From positions 496,001 to 560,000 of the forward strand of contig JAYWIR010000048.1 in NCBI GenBank assembly GCA_036172245.1: a stretch of DNA of 64,000 nucleotides, written 5' to 3'. The stretch is from Raillietiella orientalis. Its lineage: Eukaryota. Shown here piece after piece: positions 51,304 to 64,000 of the stretch (within the stretch, counting starts at the first letter, position 1; each line of letters begins with the position of its first letter). The notes under the pieces were generated by a model. That model did no database searches. It worked only from the letters and a program-made list of their open reading frames with translations, and was not told the DNA's origin. A program made the position numbers and the translations under genes.

Positions 51304-52001
51304 CACTTTCTTCTCCTTCTTCCGCGGATTCTTCAGCGTTGCTTTTCCACTTCTGCTTCAACCTTTCCGTTCCTTCCAACGTCGGAATGATCCGTCGATC
51401 CAGAGACGCCGTCTATGACCGACATGGAGAAAAATGATCGTCGACGCAGACTGCGGCCATAGTAGACGAGCGCAAAGCTGCGGTGAAAAACAGGAGGATG
51501 AGCAGTCATGGTAACACGTATCTGGTCACGCGTCCTGGATACAAACCACACCTGTTTTGCTGTCCGTCCTCAGAATGCCACAGTGCTATAGACAGTTTCA
51601 AGCTATCTTTATACGCGTCATTCGAAGGAATCGTCTATTGGTACGTCCTTTGACTTGGGAATTATCCTATCATTGAGAGTTATCGTTTCTTATTTCAGTA
51701 GATGGTTTAAGTCTTACCCATCTCGAGATGTATATCAGGAACCTCAGGAAACAGCAATCAGTTCACGTGCTACATGATTGCGGAACCAATTTCGCTCGAA
51801 CCGAATGTGCAAACGGAATATCGCGAAAGAAAAAAAAAGGCAATTAAATATCCTACGTGCCCCGCAATCGGAAAGTTAAAGACCAAGTCAATGCGCGAAG
51901 GTCCAACTGCTCACGCATCATCTGGGATTCGAAAAAAACCGTGATTCGAGGTATCACTGCGAACAGTGCGATGTTGGACTCTACATGTCTTCCTGTTTTC
52001 T

Positions 52002-52476
52002 ACGAGGCTCATCTCAAAAGTAAGAGCCGATCGGATATAGAGAAAGAATGGAAAAGAGAAACGAAAATGCATGGGTGGTTCGAAACCCATACGCCCCCAT
52101 GTCATTTTTCGAGTAGTCACCATTTTTTTTCCCAAACACTTTTTATATCCCTGGAAGAATCTTTTTGATGCCCTCTGCGTAAAACCACGTCTCCCTTCCT
52201 GCACCTCCAGAAGTGGCTCAACCATCCGAAGGGAGGGAGCGAGGAGGAGCTGAAAACCGCAGTGCTGCTGAGCTGACCGAACCCCCAGGCGGCGCAATTT
52301 TACGAAGAGGGCTTCAAAAAGCTTCTTCCAAGGGTATCAAAAGTGTTTGGGAAAAAAAATGGTGACTACTCGAAAAATGACATGGAGGCGTATGGGTTTG
52401 GAACCACCCATTTTCGATTCTCTTTTTCGTTCTACCTTTACATCCGATCCACCCATACTTTGGAGATGCGCCTCGT
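52002..52476. mobile_element. Foldback/MITE-like element with ~180-bp inverted arms
   Basis: 52002-52184 is the imperfect reverse complement of 52298-52476 (e.g. CCATGTCATTTTTCGAGTAGTCACCATTTTTTTTCCCAAACAC), with a loop of about 113 bp. Confidence 0.85.
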
Positions 52477-53536
52477 GTCACTGAGAAGAGTGTGATGTTG
52501 AGTTCTACCTATCTCCCTGTTTTAAAGCATATCATAGCAAATTACAATAATTATTAATTTATATGGCTCATTTATTAAGTTATTAAGAACATTATCGATC
52601 TATTTGCGACTTGCTTATTATTACGGTTCTTCTATATCAAAGCTACTCGGTGCACCGGCGCAAGATAACAGACTCGGAATGCCGGACACTGTCCCCGCGG
52701 ACTTCTGGCACGGCATCCCGTTTAGCGATGGCGTGCTGGCGACCAGATGCGCCGTAGCAAAAAGTCATTCTGCAGACTGAATCCTCGACACTTAAAAGAT
52801 ATGGAGGACGTGCAGGCTCTCCGTTTGTCTGTAGAGATCTCCTTGCATCTCGACATCACATGATTAAATCGATAAGTTCCGACTGCCCTAGATCACACAC
52901 TTTGAGATTTTTGCAGCGAGCTTCACTCTTCTTGCCACACCTTGAGCACATTTTTTTTTTTTTTTCCCCACCCCCCGTCACGGTGAAAAGGGTTGGAGGT
53001 CGACGAATTTTCTCGATGGTTGTCGAAGATCCCCAGTCTCGGATTTTCCGACTTGCCTGGTCACTGGCTCTCAATCTTCCAAGTTCTCGGCCAAACATCT
53101 CTCTAATAAATCGAAGTTCGAGGTCGCTCTGCTATCTTCAAATTTTTTTTTTTTTTACCCCGACTCGCTGATAACGCGCGCGCGCGCACATACACAGAGG
53201 GGCGGAAGAATTATTTGAATGCAGACGTCTTTGCACATTATTCGAAATGGTTGGGCTGCTGCTTTGTCGTCCAGATGCCGCCGTGGTTCCATGGACCGAG
53301 AACATGTTTGTTCTATCGCCATCATGTTTCCTCGGCTCGATTCCCGAAAATCGGGCTTGCCGTACTCAATCTCGGTTTCCCGTATACACACATCAGTGGA
53401 GTCAATAAGGAGTCAGCTGCGAGGATTCCAGAAACTGGGAACCGTGAGAAGACGTCCGCAAACACACACAAGAGACTTCTGGCACTCGCAGTCGCGCTCA
53501 AGAGCGCCCTCAAACCGCTTCCCCTTCCGAGTTGCC

Positions 53537-53590
53537 GGAAAAAAAAAAAAAAAAACACGCACACCCACACACGCACACACACACATACAT
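53537..53590. repeat. poly(A) plus imperfect (CA)n microsatellite
   Basis: Read directly from the sequence. Confidence 0.85.
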
Positions 53591-55479
53591 AGAGGCTGGA
53601 GTCGGCAATGGTTTGATACCAAGTTCTTCTGGTGCTGCGCACGGAAGGCGCAAAGACGAGCTTTCTTGGATCCTTGTTTCGTTCTTATTAACTCATTAGA
53701 GCTCTTGCGACTGCAGGAAGCTCTTCGTTCCATGGTGCCAACAGCTACGAAATGAGGGAAGCGATCAAAGTGATCTGAGAATAAGATATGCATAACGCGG
53801 GGAATGCAAATACTCAAAATAGTGATGCTGGAGATCGGCATGGATACGAACAAAGAAGCACAATGACTACTAAACATTGCTTTGAACATGCAGGAAATTT
53901 CACGGATTCGAAATTCTTAGGAGTTGCTTGTTTTACTTACAAGATAAAGATGCTTGCAGGAAATATATTCAGGAAGAAAAAAAAAAAAAAAAATGAATGA
54001 ATGAAATGAAATAGTTGCACACAACGGATAAATCGCTTCCGTGCATCCTCTCCGAAATTATGGCTGTTGCTTACTTGACCGAAGAGAATTTTGACATGTC
54101 TCCCGAAAAATTCTCGAGTGGCCCCGAGAGATTCGATCAGACCCACCCCGGGGATCATTCCACAGTGCGTGATAAACGAGCACGCAACAGGTTGCTACTA
54201 GGAAACGAATTCTCAAGTCTTCTCTGATTTCCTCACCGGATATTCCTTATTGTCCTTCACGTGTTGCTTAGATACGAAAGAGGACGAATCCTGGCGATCC
54301 ACCAGCAAATCGCTAAAACCCCTATGTGCCTCCTTCGTGTGTGCACCTACGAGATTTCAATTATTCGTCTACAAAGTATTCGACGATTCTGCGTGCCCGA
54401 GCGATGCTCCAAAAAAAAAAAAAAATCATCCGACTTGAAATTTCGCATTTGAAAAAGAGCACCTCCATCGCAAAAATCGCATGGGTGGACATTGGATTTT
54501 CCAAAATTCCTCTCTCGGGGGGAAGAATGCTCTGCCTGTACCCTGCCGGAACTCGGCACGACGACGAGCGCTCTCAGGTCACTCTTTCCCCTGTGGTACA
54601 GCTTCTCCGATGCTCCTTCCTCTTCCTCGTGATTTCTCCAGAGCTGTCATTCTTAGCTCGTCTGCCGTCATGGCGACTCCGTGCAGTCATTTGTTCTTCC
54701 AGCACTGATTTGATCGCGGAACTTCCCTCTTTTCTGGAGGCGGATGGGATGCAGCCGTGTGCCATCTCGTTCTCAAGAACTCGTCTCCAAGGTGATTTCG
54801 GAACGGCACGACCGAACCCTTCTGGTGTTCCATCGGCGTTCTTTCGCCATCTCCTTTCCTCCAGAATTTTCTTGCTCGTTGAAACTCGAACTTCACAATG
54901 CCTGCGGGGGGCTACAGAGGCTCCTGCATTCTGTTTACTGACACGTTTCTTGAGCTCCCCAACACCTAAAGTTTGAAACTGGTTCTCTCAATCATCACCC
55001 CCAACCAGCGGAACCGCTGCCGGCTCTTTTTCCGAATCTCCGAGCATCCGTGTGTTCCGTGGTTCAGATCTCCGTAAGAGTTGGATTACTCGGAGGATCA
55101 ATCGAGTACTGTTTATCAGATGTGCGGGGGAACGTGTTTCCGGTGATTCGGAGCAGATCCTTAATGATCCGTTTTTTCCTTTCTCTTCTCCCAAATTTCC
55201 TGAAGCAACTCTGATGAATCCGAAGAAAACGCGCTGGGTCTTCCCCGAGATTGGACTTCTCTCAGTCGAAATCCCCGAAACTTTTTATCCGATCGTGGGC
55301 AGCAGAAAATTCAAAAGAGATCCCGTTAATCGCAGCATCAATTAGGAAACCTATTTCGAAATCTGCCGAGCGTTCGGCAATTCATTTTTTGATTCGCTGG
55401 CACCCCTGCCTGCCGTCCTGAGGTCGTCAGGTCATTCGAGAAGCACGTTCGCGATCACTGGTCATTATCGGATGCACCG

Positions 55480-56600
55480 TCCAATGGCTTCGGCGAGCAC
55501 CCAATTCGGTGGAGGCCGCTCGGTCCAAAGTTTCTGGAAGCGATTCTTCAATGGCTCTCTTCGCCGCCATCTCGAAAGGCAGCAAACATTCTGTAAGGAC
55601 AGCGACCGCTGCTTAATGTGCCCTGCTTTCAACAAATTTTCCGCTTCCCGTCCTGAAACAAAAAGTCTTTTATGGCACGCAGTTGTAATGCACCAATAAA
55701 TCGGCGGCCTCCGCGATACCGCCATGTTACTTTCTGATAAAGACTTGCGAAAGGCTCGACGCAACTCTACGATTGCCTCTTCCAGTCGCACAGTCTTAGA
55801 GGGAATCATTCGTGGAACGATCAGCAGATGTAAGATGGAGTGACAAACCGAAACGATTGCATTCGGACAGATGTGCTCTCTGTGATGCAGTAACGACTTC
55901 AGTTCGCTTTTAATGATGTAATAATTTTTGCATCAGCCTGCTTGGTGAACCTCCGTCTAGATAGGGAACGTGAGATAACGTCGACGTTTTGAGAGCACAT
56001 TAAAAAGTACGTATCCCTGCTAATCTCGGGGTTCATGTTAAAAGGAACGCTGCGACTGAGTCAGGTTTAGGATGGAATCTGGCACAGTTAGCTGCAAACA
56101 ATAATTTACTTCTCGGTGGAGTAAGGAGAGCCTGGGAACACTGTAATTCCGGAATTGTGTTTCGTCAGCAATGGACCAAGGTCACGGGGGGCGTTCGGAA
56201 ATTTGGCTCAGTCGAATATGGCTTCCACGTCAATCATTTGTAACGCGTGTCTGCTGCGTTCGATGCCCTCGTTCTCCGCAGTCAGAGTTTCTTAGGCAGC
56301 ACACTTGAGCACTCCATGATCTTCGCGAACTGCGCTCATGTGCTCATGGGCCGCTTCGCCATCGATGAGCAAAGGGAACTCGATAATCGGCTCACCTACC
56401 TTCCGGTTCCTTGCGGGATTCATCGGAATTTCCATCCTCCGCAGAATCAGCACCCGTGATCGGATTCGATGACGCTGCCTTGAGGACGAGCGGGAGATGG
56501 CTGCGTTTCGCCTAAGAGTGCTCCACAGCTTCCACTCTTCCATCACCTCATCTTGCTCGGCAGTCGCACCATTTGTGATCGAAGTCGTGAATTTAGGGGA
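55480..56600 (-). mobile_element. Decayed Mutator-like (MULE) transposase
   Basis: In order: HKWCDCRAR*GDGRVEAVEH and HEH...LKCAA*ET (FLYWCH-like), SCVEPFASLY (55738-55767; cf. CP..F.QLY), VP*KT, FEMAAKRAIEESLPET (55529-55576; cf. DFE.A...A....FP). Confidence 0.45.
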
Positions 56601-58954
56601 ACGTTGAACCTCCTGCAACGAAATTACGTGCTACCGGTTTATTTATTTTTTTATCAGCATTCCAGCAGTAGAAAATGGAAGCGAGAATCTTACTCTTATC
56701 GAGAAAAATTTTCTAGATGAGTTAATTATGTGTTGAAAATCACCCAAAATAACAGATCAACTTTTTTTTTCACCGATCGAACGATCGTTGGAATTATGAA
56801 GAAAAGAAAAAAAAAACCCAAAAAAATCAAGAAAAACAAAAGAGTGAAGAAGCTCTCGGTTTACAGTTTGTACGTCTGTCTGACTTTTTTACACCCAATG
56901 TGGACGACGTATATACGTTACGCAGTCCCAGTTGACGACATCAGTTTACGCCTCCTTTTCAACATGTTGCCACCCCGAAACTCGTTTCCAGACACCCCCG
57001 TCCCTCGGTTAGATGTGCTACCCCTTTGGACCGAAATTTCCCCGAACTCCCTCTTCCTCAGGAGCGGGTGAGATCGCCTGGTGCGTCGCGACGGAAAATC
57101 CCTGGATTCCCGTCGGACTGCCGTTGCTAAGATCCCCTCGTTAAGATCAATGCAAATGCCGTTTGGCCGCACGGTCCAGATGCATGCACTTCCTCTTATG
57201 TTTACAGAAGCTTTGCCTTTGTGAAAGTTATCGATTTACATCTTAGGACGTGCGGTATTTATCAGCCTTTCCCTGAGCCAAGATCCATGCTTGCCATCGG
57301 GATTATAAAACGTAAGCATTCATAACCGCTTCTTCACATCGGTTTAATTGAGCCCCAATATCTGGAAATCATCAATTCATCCTGTTATGTGCAGAGTTCT
57401 GGGAAAAATTCCTACGGTTTTGTTTTGAGAGCACCGCTAGGCAGCTTCAAATTATGGTTGGATGCAATATGTAAACTTTAGTAATTTATGGGTTCCCAGT
57501 AGTAGAAAATTGGCTGCAACTTTTGTTAACCGCCTGAAGCCATGATAATGATAGTGGGGAATTATCGATCGGTTGCTGAAATCTTAAATGGGGTGCGAGT
57601 CTTCACCGGGTACCCCCTCCCTCCCTCATTTTCCTAGTGAGCGAAAATGCTTACTGTAGAGTGGAAAATTAAGCCTTTTTTCATGCAGAACTTCTCGCAG
57701 CGCAGCTTCCGCTTCAAAGGCTTCAAAGCTCTTCGGGTACTTCAGACTAATGACAAAAATATGCGTTCCTTGGAATTAATGACTGTGTACTCAATTAAAT
57801 GCTTTCGCAACTTATTTGAGAACCCCAGGAGCTCAGATTATTTACTGGTTCGCCTTCATGAAAGTAGCGCTAAGGGGAAAACAATCTCAGGTCAAGGTTG
57901 GAAAACGGCCAAGTACTCATGTCTGACCTGAATCCATTGCACATGCGATGTAACAGAAACCAAAATGTCTAAAGGCAGAGCACCTCTGGGCATGCAGGCA
58001 AATTTCCGAACGTCAATAAGATTTTGGTTTTTGCCGAAAGCCAAATTTCGGAGTCATCAGACTGACCGCTGTTCATCGACCCCTCAGTTGCTCATAGCAT
58101 CCTTCGCTCACATCCTTAATGCCTGCGAATCCCACAACTCGTAAACAAGCATTCGAGTGCGACTCCTCATTTTTAAGAAATTCCTCAGCATTGTGTAAGG
58201 AATCGCATCAGTGGGCAGGAGATTATTCTGCAGCCACTCGTTCTCTGATCCATCTCGCCTTCATCACACCCTCCCATTGAAGGTCGCGTGGGTTCTCTCT
58301 ATTGAGAATTGGAAAATAGGCGAAATGGGGGCGCGAGCTGGCGAATCAGTTCGGTTTCCAAGTGAGAGAGACCTACGATTTCTCGCTCGGAGACTCAGGA
58401 GCTCATCGACAACTTACGATGGGGGGGGGACCGTCGTCGGAACACTTTGATATCAATTTCGAAAACAGTTGCCGCAAGCGTGCCGCACGGTTACCCGCAC
58501 AATGCGTAGGTGATTGAAGGGATATTTTTTTTTTTTTTTTGGGGGGGGATCGGTGCCGAAACTCTAGTGGGAAGCAGTTGACTTTAAAAACAGGAATGAG
58601 GGTTTCGTGTGCTGCAAGTCCCGTAGCTTTGTCCTTTGGAGATGTCTGAAAAGCAGCCTGATGAAGAATCTTTTTTTTTCTGAGTCAATTCAATCGTGAA
58701 TGGGGGGTCCAGAAAATCCATTTAAAAGGGAGGATGGAAGGTTGAAAGGCATTTGTTGTACGCACTGAAAAGGCGAGCCTTCAGAACACTTCACCTCTTT
58801 CGTCGAGTGATCCATTTCGGAAGGAGCGAAAGACTTGGCTGCAAACACTCCGGTCCATGAAAACGAGCAACATAAGTGGGAAATGCACACACCACTCATA
58901 ACAGGGATTAATGCTTTGCTGAGATATTGATCCGTTGCTCATTTCTCTTGGACA

Positions 58955-58998
58955 AGAGAGAGAGAGAGAGAGAGGGAGAGGGAAAAAAAAAAAAAAAA
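58955..58998. repeat. (GA)n microsatellite plus poly(A)
   Basis: Read directly from the sequence. Confidence 0.9.
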
Positions 58999-59457
58999 TC
59001 AATGTTCGTCATCCTAATGCAAGCCTCGAGAGAAGGATTTCTGCAAAATATCCAGTCCGCCGAACGCAAGCAGCAGGACACGACACCGCGATTCCCAGAA
59101 GAAAAATGGAGCGGCACCAAAGACTTCTTCTAGCGGTGCAAATGAATGCACAAAACTGTAGAGATTGACTGAGCGTTTCCGTTTTCTGGACCATGGCAAT
59201 CCCAGGGCATCGAACTGATTCAGGCATCTGGCAACTGCATGAAAAGAAAGGTAACAGCAGCACGTCACGTGGATGCTGCAAGCTGTGAAATCCAAGACTT
59301 CATTACTCATGGGCAATGCAGCTTCATATTGGATGCTATGAGATCATGATTTCATGCGCAGATGAATGCCACGGAATGCTGAGGCGATCATCTAGTGACG
59401 ATGAATCTTGTGGACACCATCTGCATAGTTACCATTAGCATCGTAATTGAATTCCAG

Positions 59458-59634
59458 CCAAAAAGTGAACTACGAATACGGAACTTTCGGAAAACAGGAA
59501 GCAGGACCACGACTGCACAGATTCCTAGACGTTGATCTTCTCCCCGTCGTGATTCTCGTGTTTGATCCCACAATGTTCAGTGGGAAGGATCTTGCGAATA
59601 TGAGGATTTCTTACGACGTCTCGCATCTCACAAG
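59458..59634 (+). CDS. Candidate isolated exon, product unknown
   Basis: ttccAG ... AAG/GTAGG, 177 nt, one open frame: QKVNYEYGTFGKQEAGPRLHRFLDVDLLPVVILVFDPTMFSGKDLANMRISYDVSHLT. Confidence 0.2.
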
Positions 59635-60305
59635 GTAGGCCGTCACAAGGTGACTGACACAAAGAAGCTCTAAACATCCGAAGGAGCATGAAAGGCTTCT
59701 GAGGCAGGTCCAAAGGAAAGTAAATCATCTCTGAACAGAAAGCGTCCCAGTCCCCCCTCCCCCCCAGAAAGATTTCGGAATTGGAATGTCAGGACACGGA
59801 GAATCATTTCGTTTCGTGAGAGGGCATGGCGCTGTTCTTGCGTAATTCCCTCCAGAACGAAGAGATCGTCGGAGATCTTGCGTGAAGACGAGCAATGAAT
59901 CTGTTCTTTCCAAGATCCCAACTCAGTACTTCAGTGACATGAAGAATGTCACCAAAATACAAAGTCGCGTCTTGATACCGCCCTGATACGTCTTCATACT
60001 CTTGGATTTTGGATTCTGAGGCCCCAGGATCTCACATGTCACCAGCGGTCAGCACCAGTTCAGTAACGTTCAGTAACCTGCCGTATCCCTTCTTTGGCAC
60101 GATTTCTGCAAACCCGTCCCTGATTTTAAAATCGCGTGTTTCTTCCTGAAAGCTTTTTTTTTTTCGAAGTTCCGTCCCATCCAGAACGATCCCACCGCCC
60201 CATCCGCGAAAGTATTGGGAACACCTTCGGATAAAAGTGTAAGTGTCCTCCGATCTTCCTGCACCGCGCACAGGCACTGGGGACGGGTTCTGAGCTTTTG
60301 CATAG

Positions 60306-60338
<33 letters not shown>

Positions 60339-61329
60339 ACGCGTGAAGCTCCCCGCCTTATCCCTATCAAGTGAATGACGACAAATGTTATTTTGCTCGC
60401 CATGATTTTGAAAGCACCGAGTTAAAAATACAGCATTTTAGGTGTCCTGGATTCGCATTAAGGATTATCAATTATTGACAGTAGGAATGCAAACTTACAA
60501 ACGCCATGACCGATTCCAAGTGATTTACGACAAGATTCACAATGAAACGTCATCTGTGAGTATCCATGCTGAGTCTCTGTGAGAATGCATGCGGAGTTTG
60601 TTTGCTGGAGTCTGTGCAAAGTTGTGATTTCACGGGGAGGCGACCACAATTCTTCCTGATGTCGCTGTTCGTGATCTCTGCCGCAGATCCCTCATTCGCG
60701 CAGGGGGATTCAGGCGGCAATGCCATGTTTCGAATTCGCTCCCTCTTATGAAGAAATTAATAACCAGGAGCGCCAAGAGGTAACTGGATGGAGCGAGTTC
60801 AGCGAACATCTCTTCGAGATTCGCCGTTCGAGATTATTCCATCATGCTTATGATTTATCAGCGCCGGAAGGGTCGTTCGTTCTCTCAATTCCGCCTGGTC
60901 TTTGAAAGTATTGCTGATGCATAAACTGATTAGCCTTAGGAGATTAAATCACTTGAGAAGGCAGACAGAGCAAATATCTAGAATGGAGCTAGAACCAGGT
61001 CTCATCTTGTTAACTCATGCTCTTGGAAGGAAGAAGCTCTTGGAATCATTAGCGAAAGGAAAGGGAGTTTTTGGCTGCATCCACCAAAGGAAAATGGTGG
61101 AATCACTTTGGAGAGGTGGTTCCGTCACCTCCGAAAAATCAGCTCTTGCTCCAGGTCAACTCCCCCCCCCCCCAAAAAAAAAGCATCATGTGTCATCGAA
61201 ATTCATTGCTTTGCCACCGTTAACCACACGTAGGTGTTCTGACGAGGGCGGTGGCCGTTTGGCACGCAGCAACCACTTCGTCCCAGAAACAAACGACATT
61301 GAAAAATGCATTTTCGCTGCTGACGAGAA

Positions 61330-61517
61330 AGCAAAGGTACCTCACGGAATTCCAAAATGGCTTCGCGAGCGGAAAAGGTCCAGGTCCAAAGCGCGATGCT
61401 GAACGACCCAGGAAAGTCCCCCTGGATTGTCCAATTCGAAGCAATCTGCCAAATCCGGACCGAATACGGGAAGTTGCTGAATACATTTGCATGATTGGTT
61501 TGATGTATGCCGACGAC
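61330..61517 (+). mobile_element. Internally deleted non-LTR RT remnant
   Basis: YLTEFQNGFASGKG (Q.GF..G motif, 61341-61376) and IGLMYADD (YADD at 61506-61517) lie in one frame but are abnormally close. Confidence 0.45.
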
Positions 61518-61926
61518 TGAGAAGGAGAACGAATCCAGAATTTATGGCCATACTTTTTTGAAAGAAAGTGCGCATCTTTTGCTGCATCGAAAATGTCTCT
61601 CAGCCCTTTCAGCGTTTTCCTTTTGTCGTGCTTCTGCGCTCCCAGCATGGAGATGCATATTCCCGCATCCATATTTCATGCAACCATTCGATCACATCGG
61701 AACGTTTTGCTTCAGTCCGTATCCCGCAAATCGAGGCAAACTGCTCTCGAGTCAGCTGACCTGCGGGGACTGTCTCTTTCCAAAGGACCACGCATGCGTT
61801 TTGATCCGTTCGTCTCTGTGATTTAGAAGGCATCTTCGTGTTTCCAAGAGATGTGAAGGCGGAGAAATTTCGGAAGATTCCCTTACAGGCACACGTCAAG
61901 AACAGCGTCCATCTTCTTCTGGAACA

Positions 61927-62033
61927 TACGCTGCGCTGCCAGGTTGGGACGCGCGGTCCCGGAAGGCCTCCGTCGGAAGGGACACCTTTTGGGGGCCGCT
62001 GGGTGCCCCAACCTGGCAGCACAGCGCAGCGTA
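61927..62033. mobile_element. Small MITE-like hairpin
   Basis: TACGCTGCGCTGCCAGGTTGGG ... CCCAACCTGGCAGC(ACAGC)GCAGCGTA form inverted termini around a ~58-bp spacer. Confidence 0.6.
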
Positions 62034-64000
62034 CACCGCAAGGAAGCGTACAGTGGATCCACAGCGCCATCCGCAACGAAACATTCATGCAGCATCTCGT
62101 CGCAGATGTCGGACTCGTTTCTGGTCTTGGGAGATCGGACTTGGGATTTCAGGAAAGCCACAAATGTCCATCTGTACAGAATTCGCTCGAATTTTCATCC
62201 ATGCAATTTGAAAAAAGCAAAGACTTTAAATTCTTCCTTGGGTTGCATTCGAAAATCACCTTCCGCCCTGGTGCTCATTCCCCTTAGCAGAAAGAGGTGC
62301 GGCCCGGAATGTAAGGGAGGCCCGAATCAGAACCCTCTCTGCAAGTGGGAAGGACGTTCTTCGACAAAAGATTGGCTGGGGCACGCCTATAACTGACAGC
62401 TTGATTATTTTTCATTGCTTTGTGATCAATTGAGCAAACTGAAATTATTCGAGAGAGAATTCACATAATGCTTCCTGAGATTATTAATGGTGATGCTATT
62501 CTTTCCCATAATCAATCTTACAGCGAATGAGGGATAACTCGACATGTATTATGTAATACAAAAATCGTCTGGCTTTCCGGAGAGTTCTCATTTTTTTTTT
62601 TTTTTTGGACACAGTTTCAAGCGTAAAAAATCCGGCAGTTGCAGAACATAATTTCACGATGCACACTCTCTTAAGGACTCTCAAAAGCACTAAGAATGAA
62701 ATCCCATTCTTCGATTCCCTCAAAAAAGGAAAAAAAAAAAACAGAAAAACAAAATGAAAGGCACGATCCCAGACTGCTACACTGAGGAGGAGTCTGCAAG
62801 ACATCTCCCCGCAACCTTCATGCGGGTAAGCAAACAGTCTGCGAACTGCGAGGAATCGCAGACTTTTCGTTTTTTTCTTTTTCTTTTTTTTTTCCAAGGC
62901 ACCTCGAGCCTATGCAAATCCTGACGTCCACAAAACTTGCAATCAAAAGATCTAATATGTGTACCTGAGAGTACTGGGAAAAAGCTCAAATAGATGCGAA
63001 ATCCAAGCCAGCGTGCTTTGGAGCTGCCCGTTGCCGAGGGGGGGAGGGGCAGAATCCTTCTGCAATGCTCGCACACCTCGGCAGAGGGCCTGCCCCAGAC
63101 ATCGGAAACGAAAATGCAGACTCTTCCCTCCTTCCACGCCCCGCGTAAAAGACCACGGATCGGCATTCTGGACCACATCCTCACGCGGGGGCATGCCAGA
63201 GGAATGCTGTTCGTCTCGTCCGGACTGCGGGAGCTCTCGGGAATGAGCAAGAAAGTACGAAACGTACTTTGGATTGTGATTTTTCTTCGAATTCGACGTT
63301 TTCTTCGTCTCATTTCCGAATCAGCCATAAACCATGCTCTTTGCTTCTTCCCTTCGGGAATTTCCAAATGCTCTTGGACCGTTCAAGATTGCAAGAGGTT
63401 TGCTCTCCGTAAAGCAGCAACGCAAAGCACTTGGATTTCTCTTGCAGAAACGAAATGGTGAAAGATGCTCGGCGCGGCGAGATCGACCATGGAGGAGAGC
63501 ATAGCATTAGAAAAATCCAGAGGGCACTCCGATCATTTCTGCTCGGATGCTACTGATCTTCTAATTCTGTTAAACTCCCAACCGAGTCCACAGCACATTT
63601 TGATGTGTACATCTTGCTCATCCGCGACTTCCCTTAGATGGACAGAGAATAGCCACGTGCGCTGCTATAAGTGGCAGACGTACACACAGAGTGTGGCGAA
63701 GCGAAGAAGTCACATGTTGGGGTCACATCACAGTGCAAAGAATTATGATGAATGCAAAAGTGGTCCAGAAGGGGAAGAAAATTTTCCTGCTCCTTTCCGA
63801 AGTCACGAATAGGAACGTCGTGTTCAAACCGCAGGGAAATGCGTACTGTGACTCATTTCAATTCGGATGGCGTACCACTGCGTGCTTACGGTTCCTCCTG
63901 CTTTCTCAACGTCCCTTCGAGACTGCAAGAAACCTGGGGGAAAAAAATCTCAACGAATCTTCTGCTTCTTCGATTTGCACCTCGAAGTTCCCGAAGGGCG

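Noticed and set aside
60701..60718. QGDSGG trypsin catalytic-Ser motif
   Set aside because: No preceding Cys, no following Pro, a stop soon after, and no His/Asp motifs nearby.

Overview
Eukaryotic genomic DNA, probably animal/arthropod (inferred from spliceosomal signals, poly(A)/(T) runs, a Dpr-like Ig exon and the TE/virus content). No long intact ORF, operon, CRISPR array, rRNA or full tRNA was found, and almost all ORFs in the supplied track look spurious or are off-frame readings of decayed genes. The window is a mosaic of decayed pieces: (1) a minus-strand relic of a bunyavirus-like L (RdRp) gene, about 4 kb at 6690-10680 and probably resuming near 6020 after an insertion, plus two weaker L-like fragments (2750-3470, 19240-19930), i.e. 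candidate non-retroviral endogenous viral elements; (2) several fragments of one L1/Tx1-clade LINE family and other TE relics; (3) short decayed host-gene fragments (PFKFB is clear, the others tentative); (4) one clean Dpr/zig-like Ig exon (42452-42636) flanked by two homologous intron-like sequences; (5) inverted repeats: a near-identical 731-bp pair (36119-36849 / 39032-39762) and a ~180-bp foldback flanked by a 49-bp direct repeat (51951-52523). All protein calls come from manual translation and remembered motifs, with no database search. Boundaries of decayed features are approximate.
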